A DNA stretch of 64,000 nucleotides from the NCBI RefSeq assembly GCF_004010195.1, contig NC_057751.1:4836649-4900648 (forward strand), in the 5' to 3' direction. The DNA comes from Chiloscyllium plagiosum. Its lineage: Eukaryota. The first letter of the stretch is position 1; the number at the start of each line of letters is the position of its first letter. The notes below the pieces were generated by a model. It saw only the letters and a program-made list of their open reading frames with translations, ran no database searches and was not told the DNA's origin. The position numbers were made by a program, and so were the translations under genes. Positions 1 to 12,594 of the stretch are shown in pieces.

Positions 1-123
1 TCTCTGTAACCCCCTCCAGCCCCTACACCCCCTCGCCATGTCTGTAACCTCCTCCAGCACTATGCCCCCACCAGCCCCTACACCCCTTGCTATCTCTATA
101 ACCTCTTTCAGATCCCACATCCC

Positions 124-707
124 TATCATTGACCAGAGTAAACTGCTTCTAAGTCTCCCAAGGAGATTACCAACACCCTATCCTTTATCTGCTGTAAGGT
201 GCTGTGGACCAGATGTAATTCAATTGGTTCAGCTTCTCGGCTTTATGCAAACACACTTTATTATTACCCTGCAGTTAAAACAGAAACAAAAAAAAAGGAT
301 TTGTATCACTTTATAGGAAAGCATAACAGAATAATAGATTATTTAACAACTAAAGAACAACCATTCCCATTGACAGACCCTTGGCAAAGGCAAATGCAGT
401 AAATTAGATTGTTGTCAGAATTGCACGAGACCGAGAGAATTCCAGCTTTCTAATGTAACACCTTTCACAGCCAGCTTCCAAAACCCCAATAACTACTGAA
501 AGCTAAACTCAAAATCCTGGTTCTGTGGGAGCCCGACCCCACCCATTCAGGCTACTTCTATTATTCCAACTTTATATTTTTTAAAAATCCCAAGGCCTGA
601 CAATCTGTTTACTTTATAGGCTTGGAACAGGCACCTCATTATGTGTGGCTCAAACCTCTATTTTAAAAACTATAAAATACACCTCTTAAAGCCCTGGTAT
701 CATCATA
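124..707 (-). mobile_element. Degraded LTR-like element of the 33455 family, reverse orientation
   Basis: Reverse complement matches the family start (gctttaagaggtgtatttt) and internal blocks. Confidence 0.45.
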
Positions 708-985
708 GCCAACCTGTTAGCTCCTTACGTGGCTCAGTGTGCTCTCTCACCCTCCCGTTAAGTGGTGTGTGGAGGTGCCTGATATTTGAGGTGCTACATC
801 AATGAACATGGTAGTTGTTGTTGTTCTCCCAATGGGTCTCCCATGAGCTTGCCCCCTGCATTGGGAGTCTCGGGCTGGAGAACCCTTTGACTGACTGGGG
901 GAGGCAGGCCAGTAATGAAAGTATGGGCTTCCTGGTGGTCTTATTGTATTGTAACTGGCTGTTTTCAATTCCCTGTTCTTCCCAG

Positions 986-1916
986 ATCACACCCAGCTCC
1001 AAATGAGAGGCAGGCCAGCACTGAGGTTCCGTCTCACTGGGCAGAACGCAACGGCAGGGAGAGGCAGACAGAGGGATCAGCAGCCCTCCGTGACAGGCCT
1101 TTGAGATCCCAGAGGCTGCCTCCTGGCAACAGTAAGACAAGGAAGAGGCCAGAGAGATCCCTGTACACTCCCAGGCCCTATCACCAGTATTATGGGGATC
1201 AAAACAGAGACGTCCGCTCTCATTCCGAAAGGGAGGTCACAGTCACGGAAGGAAAAGGAGCTGCAAGAGAAGACATGATTGGTTGCAGCACTGTGACTAT
1301 TGCTGCTGCTGAGGAGGTGGGAGATGGACCGAGTGGCCAGGCTATTCAGGACGTAATCCCACAGTGTGCCACGTCCTCTGGGAATGTCGCTGTGAAGGAA
1401 GGAGGAGGATCGTGCACTGCCTCCCCGGTCCAGCCACTGGAATCCCCAAGCCCTTTCCAAAAGGGGAGGCTGGGTGAAGCCTCTGCAGCAGAGGAGCCAA
1501 TGGCACAGCAGGATCCCAGACTGGCGGAGGAGAGGGAGCGCTGGGCTGCTGGACAAGGAGTGGGCATCAGCAGTCCAGCATCGGGGTGCGTGCTGGAAGA
1601 TGTGATGCCATTGTCGGAGCCCGCTGTACCAGAGCCCGGGGTTCAGTCATTGGCACAGAGTCCAGGATCAGAGGCACCTCAGCACGCAAGCTGTGCCAAC
1701 ACCGTGGCTGGTTTGCAGCACTACCAGCTGCCTCAGGAGATGGAGGACCCAGTGCTGGCTGAGCAGGAAGCCAGTGGTAGCTGTAGAGACTTGCTGCACG
1801 TCAGAGAGCTGACTGTCAGAGAACAGGGTGCTGCTGAGGTGGATGCTGAAGGTGATGAGACAGCCTGTGGGTCTTCTGCATGTCCTCCTGCCAACACAGC
1901 CGAGCTTCTCAGAGAG
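986..1916 (+). CDS. R3HCC1: R3HCC1 large internal coding exon (low-complexity acidic region with EJC-binding-like motif); upstream exons lie outside the window
   Basis: Polypyrimidine tract and cccag acceptor at 985; open frame (ORF 915-2006) containing RKRPERSLYTPRP; donor gag|gtaacc at 1917 is phase 0 and joins the next exon in frame. Confidence 0.75.
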
Positions 1917-2422
1917 GTAACCCCCTGGTCCAATCTGAATTCACGGCTCTGTATCAAAACCGGCTCCGAAACGCGTGCGGAGGGAAATGTGTCTCACAAT
2001 CTGTGAGAGTCAGACAGGGCAGCATCTTGTTTTTGATCATGTATGGGATGGGGGAAGTGCTACCTGGGCCAGCATTTCTCACCCATCCTAATTTAAGAGC
2101 CAACCACCTTGTTGTGGGTCTGGAGTCACATGTAGGCCAGACCAGGTAAGGATGGCGGTTTTCTTCCATAAAGGACATGAGTGAACCAGGTTGTTTTTTA
2201 TCACCATTGACAATAGATTCATCGTCCTCATGAGACTCTTAAAACAACTCAGGAATTATTATTGAATTCACATTCCACCATCTGCCGTGGTGGGATTTCA
2301 ACGTGTATCCCCGGAACATTCTGAACCTCTGGATCAATTGTCCAGTGATAAAATTACTGGGCTGTTACCTTCCCCCTGATGTGAGACATTTCTGCTGAAT
2401 CTGCTTGTCCTGTTTGCCTCAA

Positions 2423-2595
2423 GAGTGTGGTTCTGGAAAAGCACAGCAGGTCAGGCAGCATCCAAGGAGCAGGAAAATCCATGTTTTGGGCAAAGGCCCT
2501 TCATCAGGAGCTTTCCTGCTCCTTGGAAGCTGCCTGACTTCCCATGCTTTTCCAGAACCACACTCTCGACCCTGGTCTGTAAGTCCTCACTTTTG
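2423..2595. mobile_element. Short fold-back PLE terminus (gaaaagcacagcaggtcaggcagcatcc family)
   Basis: About 55-bp inverted arms around a degenerate hammerhead core on the - strand. Confidence 0.7.
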
Positions 2596-3165
2596 CCAAG
2601 TCATGTTTGGGTTTGAGCTTCAATTCATTGCATTTACAGCTGTGTTTCTCAAAAGGATAAATTAAACAAATGAATGGCTTCACCCAAAGACCGTTCACGT
2701 TGCGAATGTATTTGAAAAGCCCACGTGCTCCTTGGGGTGTTATTTCAATGAAGCTTTTCATGTTGGTCAAACAATGATATCTCTGAAATCAAAATCCTGT
2801 GGATGCTGGAAACCATTAGAAACACAGAGTTGCTGGAGAAACTCAGTGGTGCTGGTAATGGAAACAGAAGTTAATCTTCCAAGGCCACTTGAAGGCTTCT
2901 TCAGATCAGGAAGAAGCATCTGAGGAGGAATCTCAACAGACTGGACACTTGGAAGCTGGTTTTTCACTCTCTCTGTCTCTCTCTCTCTCTCGCGTGCGCG
3001 CTCTCTCTCCCCTTCCAGACTCAGTGAGTTTCTCCAGCAATTCACTATCTTCACTCCAGATCTGTGCCACCACACGATTTTGACATTTGGTGAATATTGT
3101 GGTTGACCTGATAGTTTGCTGTTCTCTCTAACATTTCCCTAACCTTGCTTTGTGGTTGCCCACAG

Positions 3166-3344
3166 CTTTCAGCTTGCATGGGGGAGATCAGCATCACGAT
3201 TGAGCAGCCGAACTGTGACTATTCCACCTGCCTGCCACAGAAAGACCATATGGCGTGCCTAGAGTTGAGGCACATCATCGAAATCTATGACTTTTCGCCA
3301 CAGCTGACTACCGAAGATCTACAGCAGGCGTTTGCCACCTTTCA
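3166..3344 (+). CDS. R3HCC1: R3HCC1 exon, start of C-terminal RRM-like domain (LSACMGEISITIEQP...HIIEIYDFSPQLTTEDLQQAFATF)
   Basis: cacag acceptor and ca|gtaagg donor; peptide matches the R3HCC1/R3HCC1L HVxEIYDF...TEDL motif. Confidence 0.9.
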
Positions 3345-4512
3345 GTAAGGGTCTGTGTGCCGTCTGAATAGACTTCCTTCCCAGAAACAACAGTTCCTGC
3401 CTCACATTAACCCGCTCACCCACTCCTTCCAAACCTACAACCTCTTCCATCTGGAAGGACAAGAGCAGCAGATACACTGGAACACCACCCCCTGCAAATT
3501 CCCCTCCCAGCCACTCGCTATCCTGACTTGGAAATATATCACCGTTCCTTCACTGTCACTGGGTCCGAATCCTGGAATTCCCTCCCTAAGTGCATTGTGG
3601 GTCAACCCTCAGCACATGGACTGCAGCAGTTCCAGAAGGCAGCTCACCCCCACCTTCTCAAGGGGCAACTAGGGACGGGCAATAAACAGACAGAAGAAAC
3701 AAATTCGAACATCCATTGTAAATCAGTTATATAATTCAGACAGTGAAAGAAATTACCCTTCTTTGATTAAGGTAATTGATCAGAGCTCTGGTTTCTGAGG
3801 GCTTGTAATGGCAATGCCCAGTTTCCCTTCAAGCTGATAGATTTTCCCAGACTCCCCATGAAAAATTCACCACCTCCTGTCCTTTCTGTCTGAAACTGAA
3901 ATGGCTGCAGACTCAGCAGGTCTGGCAGCATCAGTGGAGAGAGAAACGGAGTTAACAAATCCAATGCAGTGACTGTTTAACTTGGTGTTGTTCCCCCATT
4001 ATGCTTCCATCCGCCAGAATGTCACCCAGTCACTCAGCTGACTCATATCGGTCCACATCCTCTTCATAAGCTGCCGACTGAGTTTGCTTGGTTTCAGCTG
4101 CAAATTGAGAGACCGTGCCTTGAGTCCTCTCAGGTGGACAAGTGCACCTTAGGCGGGCTTTGGGGAGACAGGAGGTGAGAATCAAGCAGCCTTGAGAGTC
4201 CTTGAGACTGGCACCAAGGTAGTGTGAGATGAACAGAGACGGGCACTGCTAGTGTTGGCCTGCTCCGAATGCTGTGGGGTGGGGGGAACGACTCTCTGGG
4301 GACTGGGTTATTGGTCTGTGTCCCCTATGCATTGCAGATCCCACTACGCCCTGGGACGGGTGAGCCCTTTGGAAAGCTAGCTATTCCATCATGGGCTTTA
4401 CTGGAATTGGTCGCTGCATTTCAAAATAATTGACTCTGCTCTGAACCAGGTAGGCCATCCGGCCTGGATGTGCAATCCTTTTCTGAACTTTGCTTTTGCT
4501 CTTTGTTCCCAG

Positions 4513-4583
4513 TGATAGAGGCTTCCGGATAAAATGGGTGGACAGTACGCACGCTTTGGGAATCTTCTCCTGCCCGGGTTCAG
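4513..4583 (+). CDS. R3HCC1: R3HCC1 exon (DRGFRIKWVDSTHALGIFSCPGS)
   Basis: ttcccag acceptor and g|gtacgg donor, phases compatible; resembles R3HCC1 GFRIQWVDDTHALGIF. Confidence 0.92.
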
Positions 4584-5384
4584 GTACGGTGCTCTTTTAT
4601 CACGGATCTCCATTTCCCCAGGACTTTCTGCCCATGTTTGACATGTATGAGAGAGGGAGTGTGACGAAATAAATGACCCTTCTTTTTGGGGGAGAGGCAA
4701 TGTCACCAGTGTCCAAGGAAACACGCTCAGAATTCTGACAAACAAAGGGCCTTCAGACCTGTTCCTCCATTCACTCTGATCATGGCTAATCATCCAACTC
4801 AGTCCCTCTGCTCCCACTTTCTCTGCAGACCCTTAGATCCCCTTAACCTTAAAAGGCTATCTCCGTGAACAAAGTTCTATTTTGAATTCAGCGCTTCCCG
4901 AGACAGGGATTTCCACCGGCTCCCCGCTGTCTGCAGGAAGACACTCCTCATCATCTCCATTCCAAATGGCTTCCGACTGATACCCTGGTCATCGGGAATA
5001 TCCTTTCTGCATTTACTCCTGTCTCGCCCCCATTTTTCCAAACTCCAATGAGTGCAATCCTAATGGATCCATATGTCAGTCCTCCCATCCCGGGAGTCAG
5101 TGCACTGTACACCCTAGGTAACCAGAACATCGTCAGATAAAGAGACCAGAGGGACAGTCAGTAATCTAGGTGTGGGGGTTTGAAATGTAAAAAGCAATGT
5201 GTTCAGGTGACAAAGTCTGACTTGCTGGACAGGAAACTGACCAAGGCATAGTGCAGAAAATGGCATTGAGGGAGCAGACCAGCCAGGATCTAGAAGCACA
5301 GAGTGGGCTGAATGGCCTGCTCAGGTTTCAAATGTTCCAATGAATGTAACAAGTGATTTTTTTTACCTTTTGTATTGTTTTCAG

Positions 5385-5480
5385 CCTCTGAGGCTCTGTC
5401 CCTCAGTCATTCCGAGCTAAAGACATGCCCGTTAGCTCAAGCAACCAAGCAGTCAAAGCTCAAGGTCGCCAGGAGCTCAG
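5385..5480 (+). CDS. R3HCC1: R3HCC1 exon (ASEALSLSHSELKTCPLAQATKQSKLKVARSS)
   Basis: ttttcag acceptor and cag|gtaatc donor; TKQSKLK favours R3HCC1 over R3HCC1L. Confidence 0.88.
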
Positions 5481-5531
5481 GTAATCCACTCGGAGCTTAG
5501 TTAATCCATTCGGAGCTCAGGTAATCCATTT
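5472..5531 (+). repeat. 20-bp tandem repeat x3 overlapping an R3HCC1 splice donor
   Basis: ggagctcaggtaatccactc, ggagcttagttaatccattc, ggagctcaggtaatccattt. Confidence 0.9.
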
Positions 5532-6610
5532 GGTGTCAGAGCATGCGATCAGTTGGCAGGTCCCTTGTGGTGTCCATCCATCTTTGACCAACTTCATCCC
5601 AGCCAGATGTCCCAGATCCCAAGAGTTATTGTTTTATCATTGAATAGAGGAGTCATCCTTCCCATTCGAGCCAATACTTTTTCCTCTGCCTCATCAGGGA
5701 TTGTTAAGGTGACCTCCTGGTGGCCTCAGTATCACCTGGTCGTGTTGCGACAGCTCACTGTGAACAAATTGGGTGCTGTGTTGCCTTTGGATAGACTTGA
5801 TTTGTAAACTATTGAGATGACCCATGATGTAAGGTGCTGCGTAAAGTAACTCCACAGAGGCCAGTATTCTGTCACCAAGTTCCCCCTTCATTTACACATG
5901 GAGAGTCCCTGATAGTGACCCAGCTCCCTCAGAGCCAGCTTTCAGAGTGAACAGAACCTCAGACACTCACGTTTCTGTCTGTCAGCCAGGGCTCCACGAT
6001 TGGACCCGGTTAACAGCCCCAACCAGGGAACTCGGATTCTGTGAGATCTACCTGGCTGACCGTTCCAATCTCTATACTGCATTAATGCATTTTGGAGCAC
6101 TCTTCTTCTTTGTAGTTTCCACGCTGCACTGCAATTTTCACCATTCTTAGGTTGTTGATATATGAAGCAGGAGTTGATATTTGCTGATGGGGGCCTCAAC
6201 CGGGATTTCCTGAGAGCCACGTTCAGTGTGTGGGTGCATTGGGAGCTCCCGTTCAGGATGTGGCTATGTGGTAATTCCATGCAGTGCTGAGAGGTTGCTG
6301 CATTGTCTGAGGGCCGAGCCCCTCAATGAGGACTGTGTCTGTTTGTTCAGCTCCTGATGCACTATTACAAGTGCTGGAAAATCGCAAGCAGAATTCGCAG
6401 TCTTTTGATTGCTGACCGTGGCCTGCTTCTATGTGTACATGAACTGTTCCATCTTGACCCAGCATGTTGATTGCATGAAGTCCTTTGGGAGGATGTTCTG
6501 AGCGACTGCTCTGCTTTCGAGTCAGTGTATCATGCCTTTACCCTTGTCGGTTGGTGCCGGAGCACTCGCATCTTTGCAAAGCACTTGGTCATACGTTTGC
6601 TTGATTCCAG

Positions 6611-6751
6611 AGTTCCTGCAGCCAGTTAAAGAGAGAGCCCAGACCAGCACCGTGATCGCCAAGAGGTTGGTGTTCAGAGCTCTGGGACTGCGATTGAGTG
6701 ACTGCAAGGAGCAGCGAGAGCCCAGGTTCAAGAATCGGGGTCACAGGAAAG
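6611..6751 (+). CDS. R3HCC1: R3HCC1 exon (EFLQPVKERAQTSTVIAKRLVFRALGL...GHRK); without splicing the frame stops at 6838-6840
   Basis: ttccag acceptor; family motif KERxQT...ARRLVxRALG; strong donor g|gtgagt at 6752. Confidence 0.85.
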
Positions 6752-7663
6752 GTGAGTGCCTACCTGACAGCTTCAAAACACCCGGATTAGGACATGGAGA
6801 GAGAGAGGCTGGGAAGATAACTTCCCTGCTGTTCCAATAGTTGTCCAATCTATTCATCCACTGTTGGCCATCCCCACTGGGTGTCACATTCAGACATGGG
6901 GAGGTGATGACCCTCTGGTCTGAACCTGAGGCTATTCATGCAGACACCCAGGTAATGTTCTGGGCATTCAGCTTCTTTGCAGGTGGTGGCATTTGAACCC
7001 CTGTAAAAATTATGTCAATGTGGAAATCAGGCCCTCACCATGACCACAATTGTTGGCTCCTTTATGGGAGAGGCTCTGCTGTCCTGATCGGAATCTGTTC
7101 CACAACAATGTGGTTGACCCTGGACTGACCTCTGCACAATAAATATTGGGCTACCCACATCCTGTGAATGTATTTCAAAAAAAGATAAGCTACGATGATG
7201 CCTGACAGACTTCTGTTTTGGTCAAAATTATTTGACAGTGGAATTTGTCATTAATAGAAAACTAACTCCATTGTAAACATAATATAGGAGCAAATTACTG
7301 CAGATGCTGGAATCTGTACAGAGAACAACAAATGCTGGAGATCAGAGGTTCACGCAGCATCCATGGAGAGAGAGCAAGCTAACATTTCGAGTCGAGATGA
7401 TTCTTCAGCAGAGCTGATGTGAGCTGTACAAGGAGCAGTTGTATAGGGAGTGCTGGAGGAGAAAGGATGTTGATAGTCCAGATAGTGATCGGAATGTGAG
7501 AATGGCAGAACAGTAGTGGGTTTAACTGCCAGACTGGAAAAAAAACGAGATATCCCACTGGAGTGGGCGGAGGGGAGAGAGAATGTGGTAAAACGTAAAC
7601 TTCGAACAAAGGGAAGAAATGGGAGTTGGTTCATCAGCTGAAGTAAAGGTGCTTATTCCTGAA

Positions 7664-7873
7664 GGAGAACGTGAGGACTACAGATGCTGGAGGTCAGCTG
7701 AAATGTTTGTAGCTGAAAAAGCACAGCAGGTCATGCAGCATCCAAGGAGCAGGAGAATAGATGTTTCAGGCATAAATCCTTCATCAGGAATGGACGTCTG
7801 CCTGAAACATCAACTCTCCTGTTCCTCGGATGCTGCCTGACCTGCTGTGCTTTTCCAGCACCACATTTTTCGA
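7664..7873. mobile_element. Short fold-back PLE terminus with about 14-bp TSD, adjacent to an older PLE fragment (about 7290-7640)
   Basis: Inverted arms; flanks tgcttattcctgaa and tgcttatacttgaa. Confidence 0.7.
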
Positions 7874-8487
7874 TGCTTATACTTGAACCAGTGATAGAGT
7901 GTCAAAGATCACTGATCACTATGTAACTTCAACTCGCTCTCAAAAACCCCAAGCGCTCATATTCGTTCAGAAGTCAGACCAACAAAAACAGATTGTCACA
8001 AACATTATGGTTAGAAAAGTATGGATGGGGAGAAACAAGTTAGGTCAATCCACACTGCACCTATCATCAGATAGGATGAGTTATTTCTGACAGTCCTTCC
8101 AACTGTTTCACATTGTTGTCTGTAGACGATGAGTTGATCTCTGATTCAGTAGCTGACCGGGTGTTTTCTTGTCCTCATTCTCTCATTTTGGAGCCTTGAG
8201 ACTTTTCTGTCTGACTGTCAGAGGGAGGCAGTTAACGCTTTAAGTTTGCTGGCTTTTGGATGTCTCTGAGTGCACTTCCTCAGAGGTCTGTCACAAACTG
8301 AAGCTGGCTCAATCCAAAGGCCGTTGGGTGTTTTTTGAAATCAAAGGCTCCTGGTTGTCACTGTGTTTCAGAAGTAACCACCTCACTGCTCCAGAAAAGT
8401 GACATAATGATGTGGAGCATGAAGTGAAAACCATGCGATGCCACCTGATCTTCAAGTTGCAAAACCCTTCCTGGTACTTATCGAGTA

Positions 8488-8968
8488 ATAGAGTCATAGA
8501 GATGTACAGCATGGAAACAGACCCTTCGGTCCAACCCGTCCATGCTGACCAGATATCCCAACCCAATCTAGTCCCACCTGCCAGCACCCGGCCCATATCC
8601 CTCCAAACCCTTTCTATTCATATACCCATCCAGATGCCTTTTAAATGTTGCAATTGTACCAGCCTCCACCACATCCTATGACTCGAAGTGGTTTGGCCTA
8701 TCTGTGATTACCAAAAGGATGTGGACGCTTTGGAGAGGGTACAGAGAAGGTTTACGAGGATGTTGCCTGGTATGGAAGGTGCTGGCTATGAAGAGAGGTT
8801 GAGTAGGTAAGTTTCACAACATCTTTCCGATAGGAAGGAGTCCAGAATTGCACGCAATGTTCCAACAGTGGCCTAACCAACGTCCTGTACAGCTGCAACA
8901 TGACCTCCCAACCTCTGTACTCAATACTCTGACCAATAAAGGAAAGCATACCAAACGCCTTCTTCACT
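8488..8968. mobile_element. Cluster of CR1/HER1 LINE fragments in alternating orientation
   Basis: 3' tail on -, RT C-terminus on + (8685-8808), LYRTLVRPLLEHCVQFW on -. Confidence 0.8.
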
Positions 8969-9429
8969 AACTGTTGCTCTCTTGCAGTCTAACTTCCATT
9001 TGCCTGTCTTTGTTTTGTTGATAAGGGGAAACTAGAGGCGGTTGGTTACAAATGGAACTGGCTTTTCGTGAAAGCAGCTGTGATGTTGTGTTGATTATAA
9101 GTTGGATGTGTTATGGGTTTGAAATGGTATTGACTGGTCACCAGCCACTCGAAGAGCTGTTTGCGTTGTTTCTGCTGACAGATTGTGTTAGCTCTGAGCT
9201 CCTTCCCTTGGCAGTTTATGTTTAAGCCTGGGGCTCACCTGCTGTCTTGGTTGATGAATATTGTGTCCCGTTAGAGATGCGGAGTTCTCCTTGGTTTCCC
9301 AGCTGATATTTATCCTTTCAACCCATGTCCCGGCACAAACAGATAAAAGACAGGTCTTGGCTGTCTCTGGGATCTTACTGAGTGCAAATTGGCTGTAACC
9401 TCCCCCTAAGTTGGCACCATATTTGGGAA

Positions 9430-9573
9430 CTTAAAAATGTGTTGCTGGAAGAAGGGCTTATGCCCGAAACATCGATTCTCCTGCTCCTTTGATGCTGCCT
9501 GACCTGCTGCGCTTTTCCAGCAACACATTTTTAAGCTCTGATCTCCAGCATCTGCAGACCTCACTTTCTCCTG
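9430..9573 (+). mobile_element. 144-bp PLE mini-insert with perfect 13-bp TSD inside a Deu-type SINE
   Basis: TSD ccatatttgggaa at 9417-9429 and 9574-9586; perfect 21-bp internal inverted repeat at 9430-9450 and 9515-9535. Confidence 0.8.
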
Positions 9574-9740
9574 CCATATTTGGGAAGTACTTCATTGGCT
9601 GTGAAGCACTTTGGGATGTCCAGTGTATGAGGCTTGATGAATGTTCTGGGTCTTTGGCATGTGTGAGTACCAGTGGGTATTTTGGCAGACCTTGCCCTTG
9701 AGTCTGTTTCTCACTCCGTCTTTCCACTTTGCTCTTTCAG

Positions 9741-9784
9741 TTGAGCCAGACAAGGAGCCTGAAGATGGTACTGTTGACACAGTG
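9741..9784 (+). CDS. R3HCC1: Tentative R3HCC1 penultimate exon (VEPDKEPEDGTVDTV)
   Basis: Strong pyrimidine tract and tttcag acceptor, phase fits the 6752 donor, gtatgt donor at 9785; no homology support. Confidence 0.45.
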
Positions 9785-10926
9785 GTATGTATTTCCACGC
9801 TGTTCTTGTAACCCCAGCTGGTGGTAATACTGGACTCTGCCCACTCCCAGAGTGAAACCTGCCTTCATAGACAATCCGTTTCATTTCTGCAGTTTTCTTA
9901 TCGTGATAGGTGGTGACTAAAGATGTTTACATGTGGCTGCTGATGTTGTGCTAACAAAGAACACAAGTTTATGATTCAGAAGGGAAAAAACCCAAAACTA
10001 TATATGTATGAGAATAGATCCTAACATAAACAGCAAAGAGCAAGATTGGGAATGGGGAAATCACAGGTAATTTGAACCCATGTTTCGCATTGGTCCTTAT
10101 AATGTAGTCCATCATTTGCATCCTTAAGATAAGAGAAAAACAAAGTACTTGAGAATCTACTGGGACCAAAGGCTGTTCGGTTGCCTTTTAGCCTGTATCT
10201 AAGGCTGCTGAAGGAAGTGGGTGTGGAGGCTTTGCTGAAATATTCCAGAACTGACTGGATTCTGGCAGGGTTCCAGCAGACTGGGATGTGGTCCACGTGA
10301 TGCTCCTGTTCAAGAGGGAAGGGAGACGGCAAGCAGGAAACAATAGGCCACTTAGCCTCACATCTGTCATTGGGAAATGCTGTAGCCAATTTCGAGAGCA
10401 GGACATTCTGTGGAAGGGAACTCATCTTTGTCAAATTTGCTGGAGTTCTTTCAATACAAGAGAAGCAGCATTGATAAAGGGGAGGTGGTCGATGTGGTGT
10501 ATTTGGATGTCCAGAATGCATTCAGTAAGCAGTCTGAAAAAGGGTCATTGCAGAAGACAGGAGCTCACACTATTGGGGGTAATGCATGAGGATGGAGTGA
10601 GGATTGGTGAGCAAGCAGAAAATTGGGATTGATGGGTCTTCATCAAGCTGGAAGAGTGAGGAAAGTGCTACAAGGATAGGTTCGAGCTCCAGCTATTCAC
10701 TGTCTATATTCATAAATTAGAGGACGAGCAGAGTGTAATGTGTCCCTGATACAAAAATACATGGGAGGGCAGTAGAAATCGGCAAGGGGTTAATGATACC
10801 TTGTCGGGGGGGTTAAAAACTTGGCACCTAGAGTTTAATTTTGGGAAGTGTGAGGTCGTGCACTTTGGCAGGAAGAATCAGAAGGCAGACTGGGGCAATA
10901 TTCCAAAAATGAGCAGCACTGAGGCC

Positions 10927-11647
10927 CATAGACATAGGAGCAGCAATTAGGCCATTCAGCCCATTGCGTCTGCTCCGCCATTCAATCGTGGCTGATAAGT
11001 TTCTCAACCCCATTCTCTTCCTTTCTCCCCATAAAGCTTGATCCCCTTGTTATTCAAGAACCTATCTATCTCAGTCTTACATACACTCAATGACCCGGCC
11101 TCCACAGCCTTCTGTGGCAGTGAATTCCACAGATTCCCCACTCTCTGGCTGAAGAAGTTTCTCCTTATCTCTGTTCTGAAAGGTCTTCCCTGTACTCTAA
11201 GGCTGTACCCTCGGGTCCTCGTTTCTCCCACCAATGGAAACATCCATTCCCAACATCCACTCTCTCCAGGCCATTCAGTGTTCTGTAAGTTTCAATCAGA
11301 TCCCCCCTCATCCTTCTAAACACCATCGAGTATAGACCCAGAGTCCTCAAACATTCCTTATATATTAAGCTTTTCATTCCTGGGACCATTTTCCTCTGAA
11401 CAAGCTCCAAGGCCAGTACATCCTACCTGAGATAAGGGGCCCAAAACTGCACACAATACTCCAAATGTGGCCTGACCAGAGCCTGATAGAGTCTCAGAAG
11501 TACATCCTGCTTTTATATTCAAATCCTCTCAAAATAAATGCCATCATTGCATTTGCCTTCCTAACTACTGACTCAACCTGCAAGTTTACCTTGAGAGAAT
11601 CCTGGACAGGAACTCCCAAGTCTCTTTGCATTCAGACTTCTGAATTT
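10927..11647 (-). mobile_element. CR1 LINE 3' fragment
   Basis: RRMRGDLIETY and RRNFFSQRVGNLWNSLP peptides in - strand ORFs; tail repeat. Confidence 0.85.
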
Positions 11648-12594
11648 GAATCGAGATAACAACTTGGCTCAGTGACAGGAAGCAAAGGAGGGTAGCATTG
11701 AATCATAAGAGGTTTACTGGGAGAAAGTGAGGACTTTCTGGATGCTAGAAAGTCAGAGTTGGTCAAGTGTGGCGTTGGAAAAGCACAGCAAGTCAGGCAG
11801 CATCCGAGGAGCAGGAGAGTCAATGCTTCGGGCCTAACCCTTCTTCAGGAGGTTTGCAGCATGGAAACTTGTCCATGCTGCCTGGTTTTCCGATGGATAT
11901 TTTTTCAGATTGGGAGAATACTTTGTATTGGGCCTGTTACGCTCAGATTTGTGCACAGCAAGATCCCACAACAGCAGAGGGAAAAAAAGAGTGGATGCCA
12001 TGTTCTGACAGATGTTGGATGAGGGATAAAAATGGAAAGAAACAGTAGCAAGGCCTTAACATGTGCTTTTCAGGAGTGCAAGGCACCTCCAGCCGATTCA
12101 CTCGGAGTGGAGTTCATGTTGTGAGGTTGGTACTGGGGACAATTTGTGCACAGGAAGCTCCCACAAGCAGCCATGACCAAATCATCTCGTTTCTTTCTGT
12201 CTCTTTTATTGAAGGACAAAGGCTGGCCAGCAAACCTGGGAGAACCCTTTCTGTGGTTGCACCACGGTGATGTGAGTTTCCATCTGATGAGGCTTACTGG
12301 GCCTCTGTTTGATGCCTCAGCCCAATGCCAGGCCTTTGGGCAGGGCTTGCCCTCCATCAGGACTGCAGTGGCAGTGCCAGCCGAGACTGGGGTGTGCAAG
12401 CCTCAGGAGTGGGACTTGAACCCTCGACCATCTGAACGCGAGAGAAGTGATAGGCCACACATGGCTATAAGCTGGAGAGGTGGGCAGCATTGCTCAGTCC
12501 TGTCCCACTCCTCTGTATTTTGCTGATGCGGAAACGGAATTTGATGAGCCAGTGTGATTCGCTTGACTTTGTCCATTGTGTTCTGGAATTGCAG

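Noticed and set aside
915..2006. 363-aa ORF as a standalone gene
   Set aside because: Its core is a spliced internal exon (986-1916) of R3HCC1; the ORF start and end lie in introns
5472..5531. CRISPR-like short repeats
   Set aside because: Contiguous tandem units without spacers in a eukaryotic intron; no cas genes
986..6751. R3HCC1L as the identity of the first gene
   Set aside because: GFRI, ALGIF, TKQSKLK and RALGL match R3HCC1, as does linkage to ENTPD4; EFLQP is R3HCC1L-like but may be ancestral
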